Positions 28,258 through 43,907 of a DNA stretch of 64,000 nt are shown piece by piece; the first letter of the stretch is position 1, and every line of letters starts with the position of its first letter. Under the pieces are notes generated by a model. That model did not search any database, was not told the DNA's origin, and worked only from the letters and a program-made list of their open reading frames with translations. Source of the DNA: Eledone cirrhosa (taxonomy: Eukaryota); NCBI GenBank assembly GCA_964016885.1, contig OZ024758.1, forward strand, positions 35,340,001 through 35,404,000, written 5' to 3'. The translations under genes were made by a program, and so were the position numbers.

Positions 28258-28623
28258 CATATATATGTATATATATATATATATACATATATATGTATAT
28301 ATATATATATATATACATATATATGTATATATATATATATATACATATATATGTATATATATATATATATACATATATATGTATATATATATATATACAT
28401 ATATATGTATATATATATATACATATATATGTATATATATATATATATACATATATATGTATATATACTTATATATGTATATATATATATACATATATAT
28501 GTATATATATATATACATATATATGTATATAAATATATATATAAATATATATACATATATATGTATATAAATATATATATAAATATATATACATATATAT
28601 GGATATAAATATATATATAAATA

Positions 28624-28701
<78 letters not shown>

Positions 28702-28707
28702 TATATG

Positions 28708-28743
<36 letters not shown>

Positions 28744-28819
28744 TATATGTATGTATATATATATATATATATATATAAATATATATGTATGTATATATAT
28801 ATATATATATATATAAATA

Positions 28820-28895
<76 letters not shown>

Positions 28896-28898
28896 TAT

Positions 28899-28968
<70 letters not shown>

Positions 28969-28978
28969 AATATATATG

Positions 28979-29020
<42 letters not shown>

Positions 29021-29022
<2 letters not shown>

Positions 29023-29366
29023 TTTTGAATTTATGTTGGTTGTATACCAACACCTCAGTATGCAGGCTGGAGCACTCAACGAAGGTTTGGTTACTCCGAA
29101 GTAGTGGAAAATAAAGTTAAATAAAGGGTCAAATGATTAAAATTTAGCTTCGTTTATTATTGCTATATATATTTCAGTGACAGCCATCTTTGGCTGTGAC
29201 CTCTTCAGGCAGTTTGAATTAGTATGGTATAGACAACTTGTCTATACCATACTAATTCAAACTGCCTGAAGAGGTCACAGCCAAAGATGGCTGTCACTGA
29301 AATATATATAGCAGTAATAAACGAAGCTAAATTTTAATCATTTGACTTTTATTTAACTTTATTTTA
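29021..29366. mobile_element. Fold-back element family B, copy 2 (hammerheads -29159..29213, +29261..29315)
   Basis: Appears identical to 24449-24793 at an offset of about 4573 bp. Confidence 0.88.
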
Positions 29367-29370
29367 TATG

Positions 29371-29495
<125 letters not shown>

Positions 29496-29502
29496 GTATA
29501 TG

Positions 29503-29664
<162 letters not shown>

Positions 29665-30096
29665 TGTATATATATGTATATATATGTATACATATATATA
29701 TATGTATATATATGTATACATATATATATATGTATACATATATATATATATATACAAGTATACATATATATATATATGTATACATATATATATCTATATA
29801 TATATATATACAAGTATACATATATATATATATGTATACATATATATATATATGTATACATATATATATATATGTATACATATATATATATGTATATATA
29901 TGTATATATATATGTATATATATATATATATATGTATACATATATATATATATGTATACATATATATATATATATATACATGTATATATATATATATATG
30001 TATACATATATATATATATGTATACATATATATATATATGTATATATATATGTATATATATATGTATATGTATATATATATGTATATATATATATG

Positions 30097-30145
<49 letters not shown>

Positions 30146-30158
30146 GTATATATATATG

Positions 30159-30193
<35 letters not shown>

Positions 30194-30233
30194 GTATATA
30201 TATATGTATATATATATATATATATGTATATGG

Positions 30234-30268
<35 letters not shown>

Positions 30269-30269
30269 G

Positions 30270-30323
<54 letters not shown>

Positions 30324-30387
30324 AATGTATATATGTATATATATATATGTATATATATATATGTATATATATATGTATATATATATG

Positions 30388-30418
<31 letters not shown>

Positions 30419-30954
30419 GTATATATATGTATATATATATATGTATATATATATATGTATATATATATGTATATATATATGTATATATATATATTTGTAT
30501 ATATATATGTATATATATATGTATATATATATATGTATATATATATGTATATATATATGTATATATATATGTATATATATATGTATATATATATTTATAT
30601 ATATATGTATATATATATATGTATATATATATTTATATATATATGTATATATATATATGTATATATATATTTATATATATATTTATATATATATGTATAT
30701 ATATATATGTATATATATATGTATATATATATGTATATATATATATATGTATATATATATATGTATATATATATGTATATATATATATGTATATATATAT
30801 ATATGTATATATATATATGTATATATATATATGTATATATATATGTGTATATATATATGTGTATATATATATGTATATATATATATGTATATATATATAT
30901 GTATATATATATATGTATATATATATATGTATACATATATATATATATGTAATG

Positions 30955-30987
<33 letters not shown>

Positions 30988-31101
30988 ATATATATATGTA
31001 TGTATGTATATATATGTATGTGTATATATATATGTATATATATATATGTATATATATATATGTATATATATATATGTATATATATATATGTATACATATA
31101 T

Positions 31102-31153
<52 letters not shown>

Positions 31154-31164
31154 ATATATATATG

Positions 31165-31209
<45 letters not shown>

Positions 31210-31348
31210 GTACGTATATATATGTATGTATATATAAGTATGTATATATATGTATGTATATATCTGTATGTATATATATGTATGTATATATATATATGTA
31301 TGTATATATATATATGTATATATATATATATGTATGTATATATATATG

Positions 31349-31379
<31 letters not shown>

Positions 31380-31380
31380 G

Positions 31381-31426
<46 letters not shown>

Positions 31427-31428
31427 CG

Positions 31429-31475
<47 letters not shown>

Positions 31476-31514
31476 GTATATATATGTATATATATATATA
31501 TGTATATATATATG

Positions 31515-31617
<103 letters not shown>

Positions 31618-31628
31618 GTATATATATG

Positions 31629-31707
<79 letters not shown>

Positions 31708-31819
31708 GTATATGTATATATATATGTATATGTATATATATATGTATATGTATATATATATGTATATATATATGTATATGTATATATATATGTATATGTA
31801 TATTTATATATATATGTAT

Positions 31820-31851
<32 letters not shown>

Positions 31852-32005
31852 GTATATATATATGTATATGTATATATATATGTATATGTATATATATATA
31901 TATGTATATATATATGTATATGTATATATATATATGTATATGTATATAATATATATATATGTATATATATATGTATATGTATATATATATATGTATATGT
32001 ATATG

Positions 32006-32082
<77 letters not shown>

Positions 32083-32095
32083 GTATATGTATATG

Positions 32096-32127
<32 letters not shown>

Positions 32128-32141
32128 GGTATATATATATG

Positions 32142-32175
<34 letters not shown>

Positions 32176-32182
32176 TATGTAG

Positions 32183-32265
<83 letters not shown>

Positions 32266-32288
32266 GATATATATATATATATATATGT

Positions 32289-32369
<81 letters not shown>

Positions 32370-32459
32370 GTGTATATATATATATGTGTGTATATATATA
32401 TATATGTATATGTATATATATATGTATATATATGTATACGTATATGTATATATATATGT

Positions 32460-32629
<170 letters not shown>

Positions 32630-32631
32630 GT

Positions 32632-32705
<74 letters not shown>

Positions 32706-32762
32706 TTATATGTATATATATGTATATATATGTATATATATATATATGTATATATATATATG

Positions 32763-32793
<31 letters not shown>

Positions 32794-32886
32794 GTATATA
32801 TATATATGTATATATGTATATATATATATATGTATATATATATGTATATATGTATATATATATATGTATATATATATATATGTATA

Positions 32887-32929
<43 letters not shown>

Positions 32930-32942
32930 GTATATATATATG

Positions 32943-33011
<69 letters not shown>

Positions 33012-33048
33012 GTATATATATGTATATATATGTATATATATATATATG

Positions 33049-33127
<79 letters not shown>

Positions 33128-33178
33128 GTATATATATGTATATATATGTATATATATATATATGTATATATATATATG

Positions 33179-33209
<31 letters not shown>

Positions 33210-33210
33210 G

Positions 33211-33261
<51 letters not shown>

Positions 33262-33298
33262 GTATATATATGTATATATATATATATGTATATATATG

Positions 33299-33369
<71 letters not shown>

Positions 33370-33443
33370 GTATATATATATATGTATATATATATATGTA
33401 TATATATATATGTATATATATATATGTATATATATATATGTAT

Positions 33444-34212
33444 AATAAATAAATAACAAAGAACGCTTATAGCATATGCATATCTTTACTTGCTAACATT
33501 GTTTCATCCACACTATAAGTGGGACTCATCAGAGCATAAAGGTTAATTACATACCATACAAGCAATATCAAATCCAAGACATTGAAGAATGAAAGGTAAT
33601 AATAGACGATAGAGGATAAGAATAAAAAAATAAAAAATAAAAGTAAAATAAAAATAAAAATAAAAATAAGGGGTGCTAAATGTCACAGTTGGGCGGTGTG
33701 CTGTCAACATATAGTTACATACAAGCATACACATGGATAAGAGAACAGACAAGAGTAGACACATGGATAAGAGAACAGACAAGAGTAGATAAGATAATGG
33801 GATTAGGTAAGAGTAGGTAAAAAATAGGTAAAAAATAGGTAAAAAACAGACTTATAATATATATAAAAAGAAATACAAAGAAATACATAACAAACTTACA
33901 TATAAAATATAAAATATAGGGTAAGGAATGAGATAAAATAATATACAATTAAAAATTAAAAATTATATACATAGAACATAATATAGTATAATCGTAAAAT
34001 AAGATAAAATAAGGTAAACTAAAATCAAATAACATAGACTAAATTAACATTAAAATCAAATGTGTAATTATAATTATATGTATAATTAAATGTAATTAAA
34101 TGTAATTAAATAAATAAATAAAGAAATAAATAAATAAAAATTAAATAAATAAATAAAATTTAAATTTAAATTTTAAAATTTTAAAATTAAAATTAAAATC
34201 TAAATTTAAATA

Positions 34213-34271
<59 letters not shown>

Positions 34272-35627
34272 ATGGAGTCAAGTAAGTAAATAAATAAAAT
34301 TAGATAACATGAAATGAAATAAAATAAAATGAAATAAAGTAAATTGAGATAAGATATATATTTTTTTAGAATATATCTCTTGAATATATCAGGGGCCCAC
34401 GAAGGCACTAAATGTCACAGTTATGTGTATCACTTGACCAATTTTTCAAAACATATTTCTTGAAAACATCAGGGGCCCACGAAGGCACTAAGTGTCACAG
34501 TCACCAGTATCACTTGACCATTGCAAGGCAATGGAGGCGTCCCAGGTTGGGCAGTCTCGAAAGTTCACTCGAAAGTCATGGGTGTGCATTCACACAGTTG
34601 AGCGGTGGGGTAATCACAAACCGGTTCACACACCAATTTTTTTTTAAAACACATTTCTTGAAAACATCAGGGGCCCACGAAGGCGCTAAGTGTCACAGTC
34701 ACCAGTATCACTCGAGCGGTGGGGTAATCACAAACCGGTTCAACACGGGCAGGAGTCAAATGGTCAGAGAGGTGCATCAAAGGAGGTAGAAGAATTCACA
34801 TGCATTAGCAAGCGTGGGGTTAAAGCAAGCAGATACAGTTGTAGCGCATACAAAATATAAAAAGATAGCTTCAAGAGCCATTAAGTCACCGCATTGGGAC
34901 ATCACAAGATTATACACATCAATATGTTCAGTACGTATATGCACGTATACACACCACATGCACATGCAGAGACGGTATACATATATATATATATATATAT
35001 TTTTTTATATATACACACAGACACATATAACCACCTACACCCATACACATATAAATGTATACACGGGCACACACGCACACACACACAGCGTAGGACACCC
35101 GGGTCAAAGCCGATATTAAATACGATATTAAATACAATATTAAATATTAAACACCGAAATACCACATTAGATGAGACCCACCACCACAGGTAATATATTC
35201 AAAACAAATACATACGATGAGATGTATTAAAATAAAGTTGAAATCCTACGGAGATATTCATGTCTGCACGTGCCATTGACCGATTCGAGTGTACACAGAC
35301 CGTTAGTAACTACGGAGGGCCATCGGGGCCAAAACGTTACTTTCGGGATCATAAAAACGACCGTCAATATAAGGAAGGCCGATCGTGCTAGAAAGACTAC
35401 AACCCCGGGTAAGAGTTCCCAGAGGTCAGCCTGTAGATCTTGAACCACAGAATATGAGGGCAACACATATATGCGCCACGTATCCACTGCTTACGGCAGG
35501 ATGGCACGGGTCCGCCACAGGTATGTAATTAACCTTTATGCTCTGATGAGTCCCACTTATAGTGTGGATGAAACAATGTTAGCAAATAAAGATATGCATA
35601 TGCTATAAGCGTTCTTTGTTATTTACT

Positions 35628-35630
<3 letters not shown>
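33444..35630. mobile_element. 2.2-kb non-coding element with about 110-bp terminal inverted repeats, each holding a hammerhead (-33491..33536, +35539..35584)
   Basis: 33444-33555 is the reverse complement of 35520-35630. Motif TGCT-CTGATGA-GTCCCAC-TTATA-GTGTGGAT-GAAA-CAATG-TT-AGCA-AATAAA. Confidence 0.82.
34375..34745 (+). repeat. Internal direct repeats of the 2.2-kb element
   Basis: ATCAGGGGCCCACGAAGGC occurs three times and GAGCGGTGGGGTAATCACAAACCGGTTCA twice. Confidence 0.85.
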
Positions 35631-35658
<28 letters not shown>

Positions 35659-35787
35659 GTCACATCTACATACATATATATATATAAATACACTCATATA
35701 TATACACACATACACATACATACCCACATATAAATATATATATATATATATAAATATATATATATACACACATACACACATACACAT

Positions 35788-35860
<73 letters not shown>

Positions 35861-35958
35861 TACACATATACACATATACATATATACACACACACACACA
35901 CCTACACATACATACAGATACACATATATAAAGATATATATACACACACACACATATA

Positions 35959-35993
<35 letters not shown>

Positions 35994-36002
35994 CATATAT
36001 AC

Positions 36003-36033
<31 letters not shown>

Positions 36034-36291
36034 CACACATATACATACACACATACACACATACATACATACACACACACATACATACACACACATACAT
36101 ACTCATACATAGACATAGATATATACTCACACACACATACGCACTTACATATACGCATATATACAAATACATACACATCCATATATGCGTATATACATAC
36201 AAACACCACTACACGCTCACACAACTCAGACATACAAAGAAAAAGGTATATACATACACATATATACACATATAAATAGAGATACATATAC

Positions 36292-36322
<31 letters not shown>

Positions 36323-36401
36323 CACACACGTACACACATAAACACACATACAAACACATACATACACACATACATATATATATATATACACACACACAAA
36401 G

Positions 36402-36470
<69 letters not shown>

Positions 36471-36735
36471 CACATACATATATATACACATGCACACACA
36501 TACATACATGCATACATACACATACACATACATATATATAAAAAAATAAAGAAATAAGATAAATAAAAAAATAAATAAATTAATACACACAGTCAGACAA
36601 ATATGCACACACATACATATACATATATGTATATATATATATATACACACACACATATACACACACACATACATACATATACACATACATACACACACAC
36701 ATATATATACATACATATACACACATCAACTACAA

Positions 36736-36783
<48 letters not shown>

Positions 36784-36832
36784 TACATATTTTCATATAT
36801 ATATATATATACATATATATATTATAATAATA

Positions 36833-36867
<35 letters not shown>

Positions 36868-37074
36868 TACATATATATACACACACACTCACATATATAT
36901 GCGCACATACGTACACATATACACATACACACATATACACATAGACATATACATGTGCATACATGTACATACACACATATACCCACATAGATACAAAGAT
37001 ACACATATATATAGAGAGACATACATATACACACACATATATACACACACATATATACACACATATATATACAT

Positions 37075-37133
<59 letters not shown>

Positions 37134-37894
37134 ATCATACACCCTTATTTGCATGCGCATATATGTATTTTTATACTTACATATAAACACCCAAACATAT
37201 ATACACCTACCTACATATACATACATACATACACGCTTACAAATACAAATAATAATAGTAGGGGGGGAAAGGGGGGGAGAAGGGGATTATAGTAAATATA
37301 TGTTTCAAGAAACATAGAATATTAATCTGCATTTAGATCACAATATGTGTTTACATAGTTTCAGTATTAGGAAATGCAAGAAAGAAGGCAAAACTATGCA
37401 TTTCAATATAAGTATACCATTAATTATAGGTTAACTAAACTAAAGATAGTTAATATATTGATTTCTAAGGTGTAAATTACTTAGGTTTATAATATTTGAA
37501 GCAGAATTTTGAAGTTAAATAGTAGTAGAGTATTAATTATAGTATAACTAAATTAAAATTATTAACGTTATGGTATCAATATTAGGAAATGAATTTAGTA
37601 ATAGGGAAAAAACAAATAAAGTATTACATCGGTAGTAGAATATAAATTATAGGTTAACTAAATTAAAAATTATATATTAATTTCTATAGTATATGTTAAT
37701 TAGGTATATAATAAATAAAACAGATATTGTATTTTATCAATAGTAGAATATAATTATAGGTAAACAGAAATTAAAATGAATACATACACATATACATATA
37801 CATACATATATATATACACATATATATACATATATACACATACATAAATATACATACATATACATATTTTTTCAAAAATTGCAAAGAATATATT

Positions 37895-38689
37895 GTGGTG
37901 AGATCATTAACATTAATCCTCCTAGTAAACATCACGATACAACCTATAAAAATAATAAAAATAATAAACAACATAGAAACCGTAATAGACGGTTTACTTG
38001 GTATAATGCTCCATTTAATTTACAAATTAAGGATAATATTGCTAAAAAATGTTTTTATATCCTAGAGAAAAACTTCCCGCCAAACCACAAATACCATCAA
38101 ATCTTAAATAGGTCTACAGTTAAATTCTCATACTCAACAACAAATAACATAAAACAAAATATAAGTGCCTATAATGCATATAAATGTAAGAAAACCATAA
38201 GTATACCACCAATACATCAAACTAACCATAATATCTCCTCAAATACAGAATTAACGAAAGGTTGTAACTGTAGAAACAAAGCAAACTGCCCATTAAAAGG
38301 AAATTGTCTTGTTAACAACATAGTTTATAAATGTAATGTTAAAACTAAAGATTCTATTTGCTCATATATAGGAGCTACTTCTAACAATTTTAAGACAAGG
38401 TTTAATACCCACAAACATAGTTTTTAAAAATGCCGCACTGGCTAATACAACATCTCTAGCAGAAAAAATCAATAGTTATAAAAATAAGAATATAGAATAT
38501 GATTTGACCTGGAGTGTGCTCAAAAGAGCCACCCCTTATCAAAATAATAGAAATGAATGTAGATTATGTTCCCAAGAACTATTTGAAATAATGAAATCTA
38601 AGGATATCCTATTAAATAAACGACAGGAATTAATTATATCGTGTAATCATAAACTAAAAAAAACATTTAAATATTATAAACCTAATTAA
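37895..38689 (+). pseudogene. PLE ORF 3' part (RT thumb, linker and GIY-YIG), disrupted
   Basis: RNRRFTWYNAPF...HKYHQILNRSTVKFSYS...CNCRNKANCPLKGNCL..NIVYKC...YIGATSNNFKTRFNTHKHSF, then a stop/frameshift, then WSVLKRATPY...CRLCSQE...LLNKRQE...C.H. Confidence 0.9.
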
Positions 38690-39890
38690 TAACATTATTT
38701 TAGAAATTAATATATAATTTAATTTAAATGTTAGTTTAACCTATAAATTTAATTTAATTAAAATTCTACTACAGATGAGAATATCAAATATTGTGTAATC
38801 ATAAATTGTGAAAAACCTTTAAATATTACTAATATATACTTAGTAATTTAATTTATAGATTAATTTTAATTTATTTAACCCTTTATTAAAATTCCTTTAC
38901 AGATAAAATATAACAAAATATCGTGTATTCAATGACAGAGAAATAATTTTTAGTATTATAGACCTAATTAATATACATTTTAGAAATATATTTATAATTT
39001 GGTTTTAAATGTGGTCAACCTAAAAATTTAATTTAATTGGCTTAAAAATAGTATCCTAATACAGATGGATTGCAGAGTGTCATGTAATCATAGAATGGGA
39101 TAGGTTTTGGATGTATACCTAGTTAATATATTCTTTGCAATTTTTGAAAAAATATGTATATGTATGTATATTTATGTATGTGTATATATGTATATATATG
39201 TGTATATATATATGTATGTATATGTATATGTGTATGTATTAATTTTAATTTCTGTTTACCTATAATTATATTCTACTATTGATAAAATACAATATCTGTT
39301 TTATTTATTATATACCTAATTAACATATACTATAGAAATTAATATATAATTTTTAATTTAGTTAACCTATAATTTATATTCTACTACCGATGTAATACTT
39401 TATTTGTTTTTTCCCTATTACTAAATTCATTTCCTAATATTGATACCATAACGTTAATAATTTTAATTTAGTTATACTATAATTAATACTCTACTACTAT
39501 TTAACTTCAAAATTCTGCTTCAAATATTATAAACCTAAGTAATTTACACCTTAGAAATCAATATATTAACTAACTTTAGTTTAGTTAACCTATAATTAAT
39601 GGTATACTTATATTGAAATGCATAGTTTTGCCTTCTTTCTTGCATTTCCTAATACTGAAACTATGTAAACACATATTGTGATCTAAATGCAGATTAATAT
39701 TCTATGTTTCTTGAAACATATATTTACTATAATCCCCTTCTCCCCCCCCCCTCCCCCCCCCCCTACTATTATTATTTGTATTTGTAAGCGTGTATGTATG
39801 TATGTATATGTAGGTAGGTGTATATATGTTTGGGTGTTTATATGTAAGTATAAAAATACATATATGCGCATGCAAATAAGGGTGTATGAT

Positions 39891-39935
<45 letters not shown>

Positions 39936-40155
39936 ATGTATATATATGTGTGTATATATGTGTGTGTATATATGTGTGTGTATATGTATGTCTCTCTATA
40001 TATATGTGTATCTTTGTATCTATGTGGGTATATGTGTGTATGTACATGTATGCACATGTATATGTCTATGTGTATATGTGTGTATGTGTATATGTGTACG
40101 TATGTGCGCATATATATGTGAGTGTGTGTGTATATATATGTATGTATATATATAT

Positions 40156-40708
40156 CATGGTCGGGTCGTTGGCGACTAAACTGGCAACCCCACCAAGGTT
40201 TCTTGGTGAGGAGGGTGACTTTGGACATCCTGCAGGACTAAAAACAAAACCTGTCAAAGGGCAAAGGAGCTCTTAAGAGTCAATGGCCATCCAAAATCAC
40301 TGGGAGAGATGACCCCTTAGCCTTTGTCAAGGCAGAATTCTAGGAGAAGGAAAACTCTGATATAACACCTGCAACCCTGATGGTATCCAATGATGTTGAC
40401 TTGTTCTTTTTTTTGGTAAATATCATCTTGGTTAAGAGAGTGGGACTGGCTTTGTGCAGTGCCTTTGCTCACTATAAAAGCTTCACGGCACAGGCATTGC
40501 TTTATATCTGGAGATCTCTCTGCACTTGTCGTCACATGGTACCATGGGCCCAGCACTATGTGTCATTGATTGTCACAAGTGTAGTGTTTGTACCAGAGTT
40601 TTCAAGTCGCTGGCTGGACTAAAAAGTCACACTCGTTCAGCGCATCGGTAGGGGTTCTCCTACATGGATATAAAGTAGTGGCCGTACTCGAGAGCGAGTT
40701 GGCAGCCA

Positions 40709-40710
<2 letters not shown>
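40156..40710 (+). mobile_element. Internally deleted RTE-like element (5' UTR-like part plus C-terminal C2H2 finger and 3' end), present in one arm only
   Basis: Absent from the mirror arm at about 36860. Bases 40580-40651 translate [45 protein letters not shown] resembles RTE 5' UTR motifs as I recall them. Confidence 0.6.
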
Positions 40711-40748
<38 letters not shown>

Positions 40749-40796
40749 TATTATTATAATATATATATGTATATATATATATATGAAAATATGTAT

Positions 40797-40828
<32 letters not shown>

Positions 40829-40917
40829 TATATATTTGTAGTTGATGTGTGTATATGTATGTATATATATGTGTGTGTGTATGTATGTGTATATGTATGT
40901 ATGTGTGTGTGTATATG

Positions 40918-40948
<31 letters not shown>

Positions 40949-41100
40949 GTATATGTATGTGTGTGCATATTTGTCTGACTGTGTGTATTAATTTATTTAT
41001 TTTTTTATTTATCTTATTTCTTTATTTTTTTATATATATGTATGTGTATGTGTATGTATGTATGTATGTATGTGTGTGCATGTGTATATATATGTATGTG

Positions 41101-41181
<81 letters not shown>

Positions 41182-41260
41182 CTTTGTGTGTGTGTATATA
41201 TATATATATGTATGTGTGTATGTATGTGTTTGTATGTGTGTTTATGTGTGTACGTGTGTG

Positions 41261-41291
<31 letters not shown>

Positions 41292-41549
41292 GTATATGTA
41301 TCTCTATTTATATGTGTATATATGTGTATGTATATACCTTTTTCTTTGTATGTCTGAGGTGTGTGAGCGTGTAGTGGTGTTTGTATGTATATACGCATAT
41401 ATGGATGTGTATGTATTTGTATATATGCGTATATGTAAGTGCGTATATGTGTGTGAGTATATATCTATGTCTATGTATGAGTATGTATGTGTGTGTATGT
41501 ATGTGTGTGTGTATGTATGCATGTGTGTATGTGTGTATGTATATGTGTG

Positions 41550-41580
<31 letters not shown>

Positions 41581-41589
41581 GTATATATG

Positions 41590-41628
<39 letters not shown>

Positions 41629-41736
41629 TATATGTGTGTGTGTGTATATATATCTTTATATATGTGTATCTGTATGTATGTGTAGGTGTGTGTGTGTGTG
41701 TGTATATATGTATATGTGTATATGTGTATGTGTGTG

Positions 41737-41811
<75 letters not shown>

Positions 41812-41939
41812 ATGTGTATGTGTGTATGTGTGTATATATATATTTATATATATATATATATATATTTATATGTGGGTATGTATGTGTGTGTGTGTATATA
41901 TATGAGTGTATTTATATATATATATGTATGTAGATGTGA

Positions 41940-42015
<76 letters not shown>

Positions 42016-42069
42016 ATGTATATATGTGTATATGTATGAGTGTGTATATATATACGAGTGTTGTGAGTG

Positions 42070-42101
<32 letters not shown>

Positions 42102-42123
42102 CGTGTATGTGTATATGTGTGTA

Positions 42124-42164
<41 letters not shown>

Positions 42165-42530
42165 TTATGTGTGTATGTGTCTATGTATTTATATGTGTAT
42201 ATGTATGTGTCTCTATATGTATGCGTGTGTGTATGTGTATGTGTATTTATATGGTATGTGTATGTATATGTATGTGTATGTATGTGTTTGTATATATGTG
42301 TATGTATATGTATGTATATGTATGTGTGTGTATGCGTGTGTATTTATTTATATGTCTATATGTATGTATATCGATGTATATTTTATATTTTACTTGTTTG
42401 TATATATATATGTATGTGTATGTATATGTGTATATATATATGTGTGTGTATATGTGTGTGTATATATGTGTATATATATGTGTATATATATATATATATG
42501 TGTGTATATATGTGTATATATATATGTATA

Positions 42531-42574
<44 letters not shown>

Positions 42575-43205
42575 GATGTATATATATATATATATTTTCT
42601 TGATATATTTCTTTTTTCTTTTTTCTTTTTTCTTTTTCTTTTCTTTTTATTTCTAAGTTTATAGATACATTTATAAATAGGCAGTCTGCCGAAACCGTTG
42701 AATACTGACCTCTCCCCCCCCCCCTCCCACCTAATTTCTGTATCCTGATCTAAATATGTGTGGCAGTGTTTATGTGCGTGCATTAATGTCCATATGCTTA
42801 TGATAATACTATATGCACATATATATGTGTGTGGGGGTGTGTGTGTGTATGTATGTTCGTAGTTATGTGTATGTTTATGCATATAGTGTACGAATGTGTA
42901 CGAATATGTGTGAGTATATGAATGTGTGTATACATTTATTTCATATTTATGTGTCTATACGCATTTTATCTGTAGATTATAAACTTACAGAGACATTAGC
43001 CTTGAATTTTTGTATTTACATACATCTTTTTGGCATGCGTATGCATGTGAACATATATCTTTATGTAAATATGTGTACGAAGTTAATTACATGTATATAC
43101 ACACACCTAACTGCATAAAATTTTTTGTATTTTCATTGGTCAATTTGAACTCTGTTCCCAAACGGACCTGAAATTTTGAATTGTTGTTATTATCAATAAA
43201 TATAT

Positions 43206-43360
43206 TTCATTATTTCTGAAGACGGCATATATATGTGTTTGGTATGTATATTTAATTTTGATAGTTTGTATAATATTGTATAATTTTGTACATAGATCTG
43301 TTGAATATGCATGCCAATTCTAACACATATATATCCTAGAAACGATCGTTAAATAATGAA
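43206..43360 (+). ncRNA. Type I hammerhead motif with greatly extended stem II
   Basis: TTCATTATTT-CTGAAGA-[ATATATATGTGTTTG...TAACACATATATAT]-GAAA-CGATCG-TT-AAATAATGAA, with a perfect 10-bp stem I. Confidence 0.78.
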
Positions 43361-43415
43361 CTTTTTTTTGTTTAATATAAGGAACTGTTTCATTGTTTTA
43401 TTCATTATTTTTTTA

Positions 43416-43545
<130 letters not shown>

Positions 43546-43591
43546 GTTTAATATAAGGAACTGTTTCATTGTTTTATTCATTATTTTTTTA

Positions 43592-43761
<170 letters not shown>

Positions 43762-43772
43762 TACATATACAC

Positions 43773-43805
<33 letters not shown>

Positions 43806-43820
43806 TATATATATATATAT

Positions 43821-43891
<71 letters not shown>

Positions 43892-43907
43892 AATATATAT
43901 ATATATA

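Larger units (their letters stand above)
35640..41945. repeat. Large inverted repeat (about 35640-37894 vs 39125-41945) around a PLE endonuclease fragment
   Basis: TTCAAAAATTGCAAAGAATATATT (to 37894) is mirrored from 39125. ACAGTCACATCTACATAC (35656) is mirrored at about 41927-41944. Translated ORFs are mirrored between the arms. Confidence 0.93.
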
